Shown: in pieces, positions 1 through 12,741 of the stretch | How positions within the stretch are numbered: the stretch's first letter is position 1 | Layout: every line of letters begins with the position of its first letter | Source of the DNA: Macrostomum lignano | Lineage: Eukaryota | Length of the DNA stretch: 64,000 nucleotides | NCBI GenBank assembly: GCA_002269645.1 | Contig: NIVC01000984.1 | Location: forward strand, 248,001 to 312,000 | Reading direction: 5' to 3' | Made by a program: the position numbers and the translations under genes | The notes under the pieces: generated by a model | Database searches by the model: none | The model's input: the letters and a program-made list of their open reading frames with translations, nothing else | Told to the model about the DNA's origin: nothing

Positions 1-902
1 AAAAATTAGATCTAGTTCTCATAACTGGCTTCTGAGGGTTGTTTTTGAGTTCGTTGTTTTTGCTGCTCTTGTCTGTCAGTCTTCGCCAACTGATAGGCGG
101 CACAGCTAGGTGAGGAGAATTATCCCCCCACCCCATATCCCTCGACGGCGCGGAGGTAGAGTAAAGGGGGAGGGGAGGATGGCGTAAATCACGCGGCCGG
201 ATGGTCGGGCAACAGCCTCCTTCTGCGCCAGATGATGCTGTTTTTGCAACTTAAGCCCGCTGGTTCCCTAGGGAGAGCGCGGAGTCGTCGCTATCCCCCC
301 CTAATCCCCTGACTGGACGCGGTGTAAACAGATCGAGCCCAGTCCAGCATCCACAAGCACAATGCGAATACAACAACAACAAACAACAAAATACGCGACC
401 CCGCATGCACAGTCACAGTCTTTAGTTTTCAATTTATTTGATCAAAAATGCTTGGATTAAGAACTTTTTTGCTGTCCTTAACACCCCAGCGCCTGAATTG
501 ATTGCTTCATTGTTCAGCTCACAGCCGAAAAGGGTGGGAACTTGTATTCACGCCTTTTGCTTGCTTGTGGATTTTTTGATACAGTGGAGCAGAAATTCTG
601 CGAAAAAATCAGCCACTGCTTCGTGCGTGAGCGCGAAGGCTATAAAAAGTGCATTGAAAAGTATTATCTCAGCTTTTCACATTGCTGTTGGCTCTGCTTC
701 AGTCAATCAATTCGTAATCGTGACTGTCAGCGAAGTTCTATGGATCACTTGTTAAAATATGAAAAATAATTAACTATGAGCGTAGTTCTGAGGATTTAAT
801 TAAATTGAATCAATCAATCAATCAATCGATCGACCAATGAATCATTGGTTGGCAAGAAGCGGAGAGATGAGAGTCAGGGGAAGAGATATAGAGAGAGGGG
901 GG

Positions 903-1640
903 ACGAGAGCCAGAGACGAGAGTCAAAGAGTCGAGAGTCAGAGAGACGAGAGTCAAGGAGACGAGAGTCAGAGAGACCAGAGTCAGATAGACAAGAGTCA
1001 AGGAGACGAGAGTCAGAGAGACGAGAGTCAAGGAGACGAGAGTCAGAGAGACCAGAGTCAGATAGACAAGAGTCAAGGAGACGAGAGTCAGAGAGACCAG
1101 AGTCAGATAGACAAGAGTCAAGGAGACGAGAATCAGAAGGACGAGAGTCAGAGAGGCGAGAGCCAGAGAGGCGAAAATCATGGAGAGAAGAGAGTCAAAG
1201 GCGAGAGTCAGAGAGACGAGAGTCAGAGAGACGAGGGTCTGAGAGACGAGAGTCAGAGAGACGAGAATCATGGAGAGACGAGAGTCAGAGAGACGAGAGT
1301 CAGAGAGGCGAGAGTCAGAGAGACGAGAGTCAGGGAGACGAGAGTCAGAGAGACGAGAGTCAGAGAGACGAGGGTCTGAGAGACGAGAGTCAGAGAGACG
1401 AGAATCATGGAGAGACGAGTCAGAGAGACGAGAATCATGGAGAGACGAGAGTCAGGGAGACGAGAGTCAGAGAGACGAGAGTCAGAGAGACGAGGGTCTG
1501 AGAGACGAGAGTCAGAGAGACGAGAATCATGGAGAGACGAGTCAGAGAGACGAGAATCATGGAGAGACGAGAGTCAGAGAGACGAGAGTCAGAGAGGCGA
1601 GAGTCAGAGAGACGAGAGTCAGGCTGACGAGAACCAGAGA
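903..1640. repeat. 15-bp purine-rich minisatellite (GAGACGAGAGTCAGA)
   Basis: Direct tandem array with variants. Explains the overlapping low-complexity ORFs (ETRVR/DESQR/RRESE). Confidence 0.97.
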
Positions 1641-2557
1641 GAATCAGTCTGACTGACTGTCCCCAATCACTAGCCTTAACCTTAGCTAAAAGGCTTTACC
1701 CGAATCAATGCACTACTAATTGGGTTTCCCATGAGACTTAACGCCATACTCAACTCGGATATTTTTTACAGAGCTTCCTATACGGGCTGATCCTGCCCGC
1801 CTGCACATTCTGCGATATTCCAAGGCCCTAAACTAATTATAGGATTGGGCAGACTAAGCAATTGTAGAGCGATCGCTGCGTTGTGTTGGCTTCGGGATCA
1901 GTTTCGGGGTGGAAGTTTCTGGAGCTCTGATGCGGCCCGGACGATATCGCAGTTCATAATGAAGCTGCTTATCTGCTGGCTTGATTGAGACAATATTTTC
2001 CTTAGTTCTAGACAATCAGCAGAATACCGGGCTCCCAAGCCATTAGGCCGTATTAATAACAGTCAGCAATTGCTCTAGGGTTTTGTTGTCCTGGCTACGA
2101 AATCATAATAATAGCTAGAAATACATTAGCACGCCCGAACATGTATTTAGTCGACTGTCGCCTTGACTAAGCTCTGAGAAAATATCTATCGACCAGAAGT
2201 CCGAAACGCTCTAGACAGGAACTCGAATTTTGCTTGATTGCCGCTCTTAAATAGTTGGTAAACCAACCTGGATCAAACACTTCATAATGACTTCATAAGC
2301 TCTTCGAGTTCCATAAGATGAGACATTTTACCACTGTAACTTCAGGTCGGTTTCTGCAAGCCAGAGTGCGAGCTTGCCTTTGCTTTCCAATTTCATTTTG
2401 GGCGTACATGGACCCTGATGCATTTATCGAACTCAGATGTGGCAATGGCCGAGGAAATGTGCGAGAGTGGACTCGTATTATAAATTACGCGAAGTTCAGC
2501 AAGGACTTCAATCGCTGGTCTTTATGAATTATACCCAATATAATCTGCCTAATTGAC

Positions 2558-2807
2558 GTGTATTCACCTCAGCTGGGCCACGGCCAGATAGATCTCAAAG
2601 AGGTCAGGAACATCTATAGTCACACCGTGGATAGACGCCAACCATATAAGTGCACTCAGTACTGGCTATTCGATACCTGCACTCTTGCAATGGGGATTGA
2701 AAGAACAATTAACTGCATGATTACGTGGTTAGTAGGCCATGCAGTGTCGTACCTTTGCCAGGAGGCGCTGTTGAACTGGGAGCACTACGGCCAGACATCA
2801 AGGACAC
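2558..2807 (+). pseudogene. Degenerate p38-like MAPK fragment (catalytic loop to P+1 region)
   Basis: Translation ...DLKEVRNI...CTLAMGIERT...YLCQEALLNWEHYGQT resembles p38 HRDLKPSNL...CELKILDFGLAR...WYRAPEIMLNWMHYNQT. An alternative frame gives DYVVSR (cf. GYVVTR). HRD and DFG are not intact. Confidence 0.6.
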
Positions 2808-2809
2808 AT

Positions 2810-5800
2810 CCCAGTCTCTGCTCACGCGCGTATTCCGCGCGTATTACGCGTGTCAATCACGTGCGTAATACACACGTAATTGACGCGCGGGAAACACACG
2901 TTTTGTGTCACTTTTTTTACGCGAATCTACGCGCGTAATATACGCGCAGAATACCCGTGTGAAGTACGCGCCGAAAACGCGCGCTTTACGCACACTTTAC
3001 ACGAATAATATGCGCATATGTGTATTATTTATCCATTAAATACGCGGCTGAAAGATAAAGATTGAGGCACGTTTGTGGCACATATCAACATATTTTTAAT
3101 ATGGTAGGCTCGCAAAATGCACGGTAAATGTATTAAAATTTGATATTGGTATTGATATATAAGTTGAAAACGATTACATGCATTTAAATAGATACGACAT
3201 ATTCATCCTGATCGCGCAATTTGAGAGGCGTGCGGTGGATCCATGACGACATAGCTAATCATCTTTGCCAGCACCATAATAAAAGAGCACAATGAGAAGC
3301 TGCGCAACTGCATCGACAGGCTGCGCCAACACAAGGTGACTCTGAACCCGCGCAAATGCCGCATCGCAACCCAGCAGGCTGATCGACTTCCTGGCCAGGC
3401 GGCCAGGGAATCCAACCGACCGAGTAAAAACTGGAGGCTGTGGCCAACTTCAACCGACCATAAAAATCTGCAACGGAGGAGCTGTGCTTTCTCGGACTCG
3501 TCACATTCGTAGGCCTCCCTTAACCTTCATCCCTCATCCCGAGGCCATTTTGAAACTAACCAAGAAGATGTGAAATGGTCGTGGGGCCCACAGCAAGCCT
3601 CGATTCAGCCTTCCAGTCCATCAAGTTGATCGCACAAAGCTGCACGCTTGCCTTATTTAACAAGAACTGCGAGACCAGGCAGATTGTCGCCCCAGCCCGC
3701 CGGCGCGATACTCGCCCAGGTGAAACCAGGCCAATCGCCTACGCCAGCCGCAGCTTCAGTGACACCAAACAGCGCTACTTGCAGACAGAAAGGGAGGCGC
3801 TGGTCCTCAAATTCTACCACTACCTTAGTGGCTACCCAAAGTCCAGGGTCATCGGTCATCACCGACCACAAGCTGCTGGTCAGCCTGCTCAGCCCCGGTT
3901 CGCGGCTCCCACTGCGGATCGAGCGCATGGCACTTCAGCTGCAGAACCTCCTTCAAGGTCACCTATATACCAGCTGGGGGTGACAACCCGGCAGATGTCC
4001 TGAGCCGCCAGATACATGTATGTCCAACACCGTCGAACTACGAGGGCAAGGATCTTGACATGGTCTACATCGCAATGGCGGCTGACAGCAGGGCCAACAG
4101 CATCAGCATCGGGACGATCAAGGTGGCTTCCGCATGCGACAGGGCGATCCAAACCGCCGTATCCAGGCCCGTCCCTGCATGCTGTCCGTCAGAGGCTGAA
4201 GCTGTCGGCTGTAAATCTGCTTAATTGGAGCGGGTGTAATCAATTAATAATAATATAATATTATCATTATTATTACCTCACTGCATTTGTAATGCATTTT
4301 TGCAGGCATCTGTCTAAAATGATTCAGTTTATTCAGCTGTCATGTCAGCTGGAAGATTGACAGCCAGCTAAGTTGCCACCTATAAGTTTGCCAAGCTTGC
4401 CAAGGTTGTCCTGTAGTCGAAGTTTGCCAGCTTAAGGCAGTCAGAAAGAGGCGGCTAGATCTAGTGTAAAAATATGTTTCATTGTTAATTATTTTAGCGT
4501 TGGTTTTCATGCCATTAAAACAGTATAAATTGATTTCCATGCAGAGCCAGTTGAATACCATACCAAATTCATAAAATTTATGCTTTAATCAATTGAAGTG
4601 GTGACAAAATTGAGCAAAAAATACTATGTTTCATCCTAGAAGTGACAATCATACAAAAAATTCAAAATGCTATTCTAAATTACATTAAAGTATAATTAAT
4701 GTTGTTTTGTTTTGTTGTGTTATTTTTACTTAAAAGTTGTATACATTTCTCACTTTTCAACATTTTGAAAATGTTTATTTAATTTTGAAATATAGTTAAA
4801 GACAATGGTGGTAGGAATATTTAAACATGGTAAAAATTGTTTTTAGTTGCACATTTCGAGATTCATAGTTTTCCTTTCCATGCTATTCAGTCAAAGGGAT
4901 ATTTGATTTTGTGAATGTTTTATGATATAGAATTACAATATATACAAGCTACCAGAAAAATTATGCCATATGCCTACTAAATATCTATAAGAATTTTGAA
5001 AAGCATATATTCCAGACATCATGCATTGGAGTTACAATCAGAATTCAGTTTTTATTTCATTCATTACAACCTTTAAATGTATTGAAACGTTAATTATTGA
5101 ATTTATTGACTATGTTATAGACATAGTCAAAGATGATTGGAAGTATAATATCTAGATAGACTATAGTGATTAAAATCAGGCTAGTTTAACTTGATTTTGA
5201 TAGTATGCAACACTTTTTTGGTGCATGAATGGTAATATATTTTTATTTATAATGTCATGAAATACTCATATATACATATAACTACTAGTAATGGTATGCA
5301 AAAAGGGGCAACACAAAATTCATTCAATTAATAAATAAACAGTATTTAGGACTCTAATTTAAATTGTAGAAGTCTTAATAGATATAGGCATATAGCTTAT
5401 AAATTATAATACAATAAAACTTTTTTGAAGCACAACTAAGCAATATTCCCAATAAGTTTTCAGAATAATGTCAATTTTTAGCCAAATATATAGTAGGCAT
5501 CTGTTAAATTTAGTGTTAATATCTATTCTCTAACCAATAAAATCTATAATTGACAAACTAGGCCTAATATAGCAATTTATCTTTTTTTACCTTTATATAC
5601 ACTTTTAAATACTTTTATATATGCATTATAGCTTAACTATAAGATATATAGTGCATTTTTAAGTAAAAATACTTTAGATGCACATTTCTAGTACTTCTAA
5701 GGGTTGAATGAGAACAAATTGATAAATTGACTTTAATCAAGCTGAAGAAAAATAAGGAGATGCTTTGTATACTTGAATTATTCTTAAGAATTGTTTTGAA

Positions 5801-6270
5801 GCCCAGTTGTATGTTTTTCCAATCGAATAAATATACAATATACACTATAATAATTAATAAACACGCAAAAGGATACAATGCAACCTAGTTACATGGATTA
5901 ATCAAGAATCATATGAATTCTTGAATATGGTATAAAAAGGACAACAGCTCCCTGGTAACGTGTCGACTGAGGTCTCTACTGGACATTTTTCGCTTTGGAC
6001 CGATTTTGTCACGAAGCGAAAACTTAAATTGGTGCTTCATTTGTGTCCGCGACCGCGGGTAGAATGCGCGTAAAACAACACGATCTTTACGCGCGTAAAA
6101 TTGTGCGTTTGAATACGCGATGTTTACGCGTGTAAAACTAGTGTACAAATTAGGCGCGTCGATATATGCAGCAGTTACACGCGTAATACGCGTGTATTCG
6201 CAGTGTAAAATTTACGCGCGTCGCTTACGCAGTAATTACACGCGTAATACGCGCTGCGTCAGAGACTGGG
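2810..6270. mobile_element. Non-autonomous TIR DNA transposon, probably CMC/EnSpm (CACTA)-like
   Basis: TIR CCCAGTCTCTG (2810-2820) / CAGAGACTGGG (6260-6270). AT on both flanks (2808-2809, 6271-6272) fits a 2-bp TSD. Both ends have subterminal arrays of GCGTATTACGCGTGT-like motifs in inverted orientation. Superfamily inferred from CCC ends, 2-bp TSD and subterminal repeats. Confidence 0.75.
3235..4180 (+). mobile_element. Decayed Ty3/gypsy pol fragment (RT C-terminus and RNase H) inside the TIR element
   Basis: Frameshifted peptides IHDDI..., EHNEKLRNCIDRLRQHKVTLNPRKC, PIAYASRSFSDTKQRYLQTEREAL, VITDHKLLVSLL, RIERMALQLQ, NPADVLSR. Confidence 0.9.
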
Positions 6271-6384
6271 ATTCCTATCTCCGAAATGTCTTTTTTTTCC
6301 AGGAAATCGGCCTCCAAAAAGTTACGCGATCTCTGAGTTTTACACGTACGTCCTGTTATACTATACTACAGTGCAGTGGTCCTT

Positions 6385-6580
6385 GATGAACATGTTGGCC
6401 GCCGGCTGCGTCATCGGCGAGATGCTGCTCGGCAAGCCGCTGTTCCCTGCATGGCGAAGACGCTCCCAGCTGAATCCTGCTCGCTCATACATGTACATGT
6501 AAGACGCTGTTGAGCTGAGCCAAACCGTCCGAGGAGATGATGACCAAAATTCAGAGCCCATCGGCTGCTTATTAAATTAA
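6385..6580 (+). pseudogene. Degenerate MAPK fragment (subdomains IX-X)
   Basis: MLAAGCVIGEMLLGKPLFP (cf. [21 protein letters not shown]), then a stop/frameshift, then PSEEMMTKIQSPSAAY (cf. p38 TPGAELLKKISSESARNY). Confidence 0.7.
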
Positions 6581-6964
6581 TAAATCACCCTTCAAAACAT
6601 GCATGTACATGCGCAAAGAGCTGCTGCTACGAGCTACACAAGCCGGAGTTTCTCCATTCGTTTCCTGATGATCATTGATCTCGAAGATGCAAATTAGCTA
6701 GTCATTGATGATTCAATGAAATTGGCTGATTCAGATTTTAAACTCAGAGCGCGTGGACTCGCCGCCTAGCAGATGAGCAAATTATATTAATTGCTCTTTG
6801 CGTGCACAAAATGCCTCCTTAGATTGACTTATTTCTATATCATACTGAGACTGCAGGGTAGAGCTACGCAAAAGCCTTGTGGTACCAAAAACTTTTGCGG
6901 TCTTAGTGACTTTTTCGTGTAAAAGATCTGAAAATTAACTACATATTTTGATGCATTTCCAAGT

Positions 6965-7004
6965 GATTATGATTTATGATTATGATTATGATTATGATTA
7001 TGAT
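6965..7004. repeat. (TATGAT)n microsatellite
   Basis: Direct observation. Confidence 0.9.
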
Positions 7005-8074
7005 TTGGATGCATTTTATGCATTTACGTTTGTACATGTACCAAAGATGAGACGGAGACAGTTAAATGAACATCTTTGCAAATTTGTTTAATGAAATAAC
7101 TAATTTGACCAGTATAATTAGCACTACGTTAATTCACAAATTAAAATGCAACGAAATTCAACCAAAAGCGACCTAAAGCAAGGCCGCACGAAATACATGT
7201 AGAAAATGACTAAATAGCGGATATTCGTACTGTAGGTCCCTCCATTACTCCAATGTATTTTTTGCTAAAATAAAAGTTTAGTCTAAATTCTAAAAGCCAT
7301 TTGTCTAAACCTTAGTACTTTAAACGCGCGAACAGTTTGTAAATGATTGCAATTGACATATACGCTCGTACGATCTATAGCCGGATTTATTTGGATAATT
7401 CAAATGTTTGTTCTTTGTTATTTAGTTCAACAAAAAATTTAAATTGTAACTAAAATAATTTAATTTTTTTAAACCGAAAAATCTAGAGTATTTCTTAAAC
7501 CTATAATGGATTACTTAAAGTTGTTTTATTCCTGAGAAAATTCAAAATGTCATTTCTACTCTTTTTCGACCAAAAAATTGTAGTTTGTATATAGCTAGAA
7601 ATAGTAGAAAATTGATAAAAGCAAGCTATATAGGTCTATTGATTTTCCCTAAAATAAATAAATTGTACATTTTAGGCCTAACAATGCCAGCTATCTTATG
7701 CCTAGCACATTTTAACTACTTGTACATTTTTGCAGTTTTTGCATTATACTTATAGACACAGCCACTATAACCCTAAGTTGTGGTATAGGCCTAGTAACAA
7801 ATATAGGCCTAAGTAATATATTATGAACTTATAACTCAAACACATGTAGGGCTATTGACTATTGCCCTTTTGACTATTGTCTTTTTGACTATTGCCTTTT
7901 TGACCTATAGCAGCCTTTGGACTTCAAGTTTATGTTGATAAATTAGTTGCAATTTTAATAGGAGCATAATTTTGTCTCTATAGGAGTTTTTGATGGTGCA
8001 GATTTCAAATTTGAGCTTTATTTTTTGGTAGCTTCAACCCAACTTTATGTAGGCGCTTAAAACCAACCACCGGG

Positions 8075-8485
8075 ACATGGGGAATGGGGGTTTTAGGGTG
8101 GGGAGATTCTTCATGGGGATTGATTTTATTAACAAACTTGAATAGAGGCATGGAGATCATTCAAGATGATGATTGATAAATTCCAGACTCAGTGGAGGGG
8201 TAAACCCTACCAAAAGGTCAATGACCAAACACTGGAGCATGAGGAATGGGATAGGGATTTTTAAGATAAGGGATTCTTCATGGGGGTTGATTTTATCAAT
8301 ATAAACTTTATTAGAGGCATAAGGACCTATTCAAAAAGGTGTTGATAAATTCCAAACTCAGGGAAAAAGGGCTCGATCTTTACAAAAAAGGTCAATGACC
8401 AACTATTAGGGCATGGAATGGGATAAGGGATTTTTGGGTAGGGAATTCTTCATAGAGGTTGATTTTATCAACGCAAACTTGAATA
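8075..8485. repeat. Diverged ~170-bp tandem repeat, about 2.5 copies
   Basis: The anchor TTCTTCAT recurs at 8107, 8274 and 8446, with shared TTGATTTTAT, GATAAATTCCA and AAGGTCAATGACCAA blocks. Confidence 0.85.
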
Positions 8486-9399
8486 TTACAGACATTTATA
8501 ATATGATTAATTATTTACATTACTAAATCATTTGGCAAGAGGTATTAATATCAACCACAATGGCAAAGGTAGCAACAATTCAAAATGCGGGAGACAATAT
8601 TGTGCATGGTAGATGTGGCAAATTTACAAAAGAAAAAACTGTAATAAGGCAATTATTTGACATTATAACAAAAGTCAATATCAAATTTTGTATTCATTTA
8701 TATTCATTAGGCTATACATTACAATTAGAAAATTATGAATATTACTTGTAATTTTTTAATTTTATATTCACAAAACAAGTTAACTTTTTTCAAAAAATGT
8801 CCATTTTTAAATACAAATTTCATTGAAACAATTTTTGTCAAATTCTCATTGACACAATAGTCTATTAATAAACTGAGGTTGCATCACCATAGAATATGGT
8901 TTTTTGGTGATTATTTTGCTTTTTTATCATTTTGGACATCCACCAAGTGTCTAGTAAAAATTTCAGAAAAATTGCAAAATTGGAAGTATTTTATCAACAT
9001 AAACTTGAAGAAGCCCCAGCCTTTTGTTCTATATTTTATCATTTTAGTGTTTAGGCCCTCTAGTTGACTAGGCTTACCTTGTTGCTTAGCTAGGTTGTCT
9101 AGATTTGGTTAGGTTTAGATATTATATTCTATGATCTAGTCTATAATCTATGCTAATAATCCCTGGCCAGTGGCGGATCTAGGATTTTTAAAGTAGGAAA
9201 GCAGATTTTGGATACTAAAACCAAAACTGAAACTAGAAGTAATATTTTGTTCATATACAAAAAAGATTTTTAGCTATTTCAATTGATTGCAAAAGTTTAA
9301 TTTTGTTTGAATCACTAAGTTTCATTTATATTTTAATTGTTAAATGCAGTGCGGTAGAGCATTAAAAAAGAGATAGTTAATAAGCAGCTTTTTAGTAGA

Positions 9400-10226
9400 G
9401 GAGTGGATTTTAAATCACATCATAATGGAGCTGAGGATATGCCTGTTCTTTGCAATCTGCTTGTGCCTGTGTAGCCAATCAACTATCAATATGTTGCTCT
9501 GGCACTATTTGCTTGAACTCTTGCACTCTTAGTACATTACTCCCGTTCTATAAAGCCATTGTAAGATAAGATTGTTCTTATCTATTATCTCTGCAGTGTA
9601 AAAGTTTTGACGTTCGAACTTACGCTACAACAGCTTTATAGTACGACCCCATTGTCTTTGTGGTAGTTTGTATGCTTATGAGCACAGAGATAGTCATTAG
9701 CTCCCAAGAGTCTTGCGTACTTTTGCAATGTCTTCCCAATTGGTGACCTTGTTGTCCTTGCTGAGTACCAAATAGCACACAAACTTTGCAGAAAAGCCAC
9801 TCTTCACATGTGAATATGCTAACCAGGGTTTTTTGGTTAGATGACTATGCCTTAAGAATCTCTTTTCGATTTTTCCTTTGTTTTTCACTCTTCAAATGGC
9901 ATTGAGTAAGAACTAGGGGGCTCCCACATTCGTGTCAAGAAAGCTAACTTAGTGGCACTGTCAGCAGCAGCAGCAGGGTCAAATAGACCTATGTCAAAGT
10001 CAGACAACTTGCTCACTTGTACCTCATCCGCTTCTGTGGTAACTTCATTAAGATTAGCATTGCTTTCAGAGGGGCTGGCTTCAGCTTGGTCTGAATTAGA
10101 AGTATCAGCAAATTGCAGTTCCTCTGCATATATAAAACAATTGTGCATGTGCATTGTGGTAATGCAATGTTTATGTGCATCAATTGGTCTGAAAGGCTGA
10201 CATAGCAGACAGACTCTTTTAGTCAT
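9400..10226 (-). mobile_element. Decayed hAT transposase N-terminal fragment (ZMYM1-like, TTF-type zinc finger)
   Basis: WEPPSSYSMPF / KRFLRHSHLTKKPWLAYSHVKSG / CKVCVLFG / LCAHKHTNYHK / QIAKNRHILSSI across frameshifts. A hAT-like end CAGTGGCGGATCTAG lies near 9168. Confidence 0.75.
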
Positions 10227-10380
10227 GGTCCTATTGCACCTTTGTCCTTTGCTATTAACTTATGTATAATATAGTGTCAATAAATTTAATGCTTCATACC
10301 CTAGTTAGAAAAAATTCCATGATTTAGACTCCAAATTCCAAATGTGAGCAGAGATGGAAAAAAGTTTTTGTAGTACATAT

Positions 10381-10640
10381 CATACATGCGCAACCCCTAA
10401 AATTCGGTTGGCCGTGTGACTTAGTTTTAACAAAAAATGCTACTTACATGTAAAAGAAACCCTAAAGCAAAATTAACACAACTTTCGGTAAACGGCAGGA
10501 GTAATTTACTGTCTTATTAAGGCAAAATGCCTCGTTATCTTAGTACTACTTGGGTATTTATTCGGGTGGGCATTTTTGCGACTTACCTTGGTTGGCTGCC
10601 AAATCGATCAGCCGACTTGGCCGACTGTTGCACATTTATG
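10381..10640. mobile_element. hAT-type MITE, copy 1
   Basis: TIR CATACATGCGCAAC / GTTGCACATTTATG. Flanks GTACATAT and GTGCATAT match 7/8. Homologous to 43830-44126. Confidence 0.85.
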
Positions 10641-10645
10641 GTGCA

Positions 10646-10855
10646 TATAATGATTATAATAATTGATTACACTTGCCCCAATTGGGCCAGATATGCAACC
10701 AACAGCTCAGCTGCAGCTTTTGTGTAGCACACCTGAAGGCTGAGTGGCTGGAGTGTCCTGATCAAAAACATAAATTGTTCCGAGTGGGATCAGGAATCGA
10801 ACCCCCAACCTTTCTGTCGTGAGTCCGACGCTCTAACCACTAGACTACAGCCTCC
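10646..10855 (-). mobile_element. tRNA-derived SINE (internally deleted copy)
   Basis: Minus strand starts GGAGGCTGTAGTCTAGTGGTTAGAGCG (A box)...GGTTCGATTCC (B box) and ends in an ATT-rich tail. Homologous to 55452-55758. Confidence 0.8.
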
Positions 10856-10990
10856 TTTATCACATAGGATGCCATAAACTTAATTTGGGTCTTGTGCACA
10901 AAAATTTGTCAGAGAGAAGGATAAATCACCAGCTACGCCGCAATGCGCTACTTACAGAGCCCGCTGTCGCAACCACCCGAGTCAGGTTGA

Positions 10991-12657
10991 TGTCTGACTG
11001 GCACCGCCGTGGTGGCGGCCAGTCGCCAACTGGATGCGCCTGCATCCTGTCTATTGGCGGCGTTGGCTGCGCACTGCTGCTTGGCAGCGCCCACCCGCTG
11101 GTTAGCCTGGCCATCTGCCTGGCCGCTCCAGCCAGTTTCTACATTGCTATCAGGCGACTGCGAGCCAGCCGGACCAGATGCCCGGCCTTGTTTGCCATCA
11201 CCTGTGCCACTGTCCTTCTTGCCTATATCTGTGTGGCTGTCGTAACTGCTATTCTGCGAGTTGTCCTACTATGGGAGCATATGTCTTTAAATCTATTGTG
11301 GATTCTTACCTGCTTATCAATTAGGCGAACTCGTACCGCTTCGTTGCCAGGATCTATAGACGATTCTGTTGAATCTGGTCACGGCGACACTGGCGGCGGC
11401 AGCGAAGGTGGAGGAGCCGACGTGTGCTCAATATGCGAGCGGTCTATTCAGCATTTGGATCACCACTGTTGGTGGCTGGACTGCTGTATTGGCAGGCCTA
11501 ATCGTCGATCATATTTGATCACGTTGATTCTCTGCATAGCAACTGGATGTTATGGCATTCTATTAACAACTACGTCTATATGCACGCCTGCCATTTACAT
11601 GGACTGGTAGGTTATTTAAGTTTAGTTAAATAATATCCTAATTCTATGAATGACACCCATCTAATTCCTTTGAACTTCCATCTACTAGTCTTAAATAATA
11701 GATCGTAACTAACTAGTCCCTTGAATAATCCTTTTCGGTGGATAATCCCTGGATAACCGCTTAAATTATCCCTAGAAAATCCCTTGGATCATCCCTTGAT
11801 AATCCCAAACTAGTCCCTTGAATAATCCTTTTCGGTGGATAATCTATTGGATAATCCCTAGATAATCCCCAACTAGTCCCTTGAATAATCCTTTTCGGTG
11901 GATAATCCCTAGATAATCCCTAGATAATCCATTGGATAATCCATAGATAATCCATTGGATAATCCCTAGATAATCCATTGGATAATCCCTAGATAATCCA
12001 TTGGATAATCCCTAGATAATCCATTGGATAATCCCTAGATAATCCATTGGATAATCCCTAGATAATCCCTTACTAGTCCCTTGAATGATCTCTAGATAAC
12101 CCCTTGGATTATCCCTATAAAATTCCTTGTATAATCCCTAGATAGTCCCAAACTAGTTACTTGAATAATCCCGCCCAAGATCCCTAATTAATCCTTCATT
12201 AGCCGCTCAGTCCCTTCACTGTGATAATCTCTTCATGTATTATTTTGGAAGTCTCAATTTATTTCGATCTCTGGTAGTTTTGTTAATAGGTTTTTATTCC
12301 AATCAGGCCGCTTGAGTTCGTAGAGAATTATTATCTGGTTATCGACTAAAAGCCGATTAACTCGAAACGCTAATCCGCAGGTTCCTGCTGCCGGCAGACT
12401 GCAGATTTCTTTATTACGACGGCCTTCATTCGTTTGCCGTCAGCGGCTGCGCCTTAGTGTTAACGTGCGCAATCTTGCTCCTGTGCGAATTAATTGTGCA
12501 GCTGACGCTTATCACGGCCGGTGCTACCTGGCACGAACTGTCGCGTAGCAGTTCCAGCACGTTCGACATGCTGCTGACTCTGATGTCCCGCCTGACGCGT
12601 CGGCATGTTGGCGTTTGCGCGACCGCTTGGCTTGACCTTTGCCTTCATTGGCGATGA
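10991..12657 (+). CDS. ZDHHC23: DHHC palmitoyltransferase, ZDHHC23-like; exons ~10991-11606 and 12381-12657
   Basis: CSICERSIQHLDHHCWWLDCCIG DHHC domain with flanking hydrophobic helices. Donor TG|GTAG at 11607 and acceptor CAG|G at 12380 join in frame (W-FLLPADCRFLY). The 5' end is uncertain; upstream exons are possible. Confidence 0.8.
11715..12190. repeat. Intronic minisatellite of GATAATCC-based 11-12-bp units
   Basis: Repeated GATAATCCCTA / GATAATCCATTG inside the ZDHHC23 intron. Confidence 0.9.
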
Positions 12658-12741
12658 CTTCAACAAGTTCTTGAATCTGTGCCACTGTGAAATCTTTATC
12701 ACTTGTATTCAGGTGAGCAGGGGTTCGGGGATTTCGGTGTA

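Noticed and set aside
1-420. Possible SINE/LINE 3' end with a (CAA)n-like tail
   Set aside because: No diagnostic motif or second copy in the window.
822-1656. Overlapping 80-218-aa ORFs rich in R/E/S
   Set aside because: Stop-free translations of a 15-bp minisatellite; no splice or domain support.
10780-10855. tRNA gene (also at 52490-52565 and 55690-55758)
   Set aside because: A and B boxes are present but the cloverleaf is imperfect. Two of the three continue into a shared SINE body and tail.
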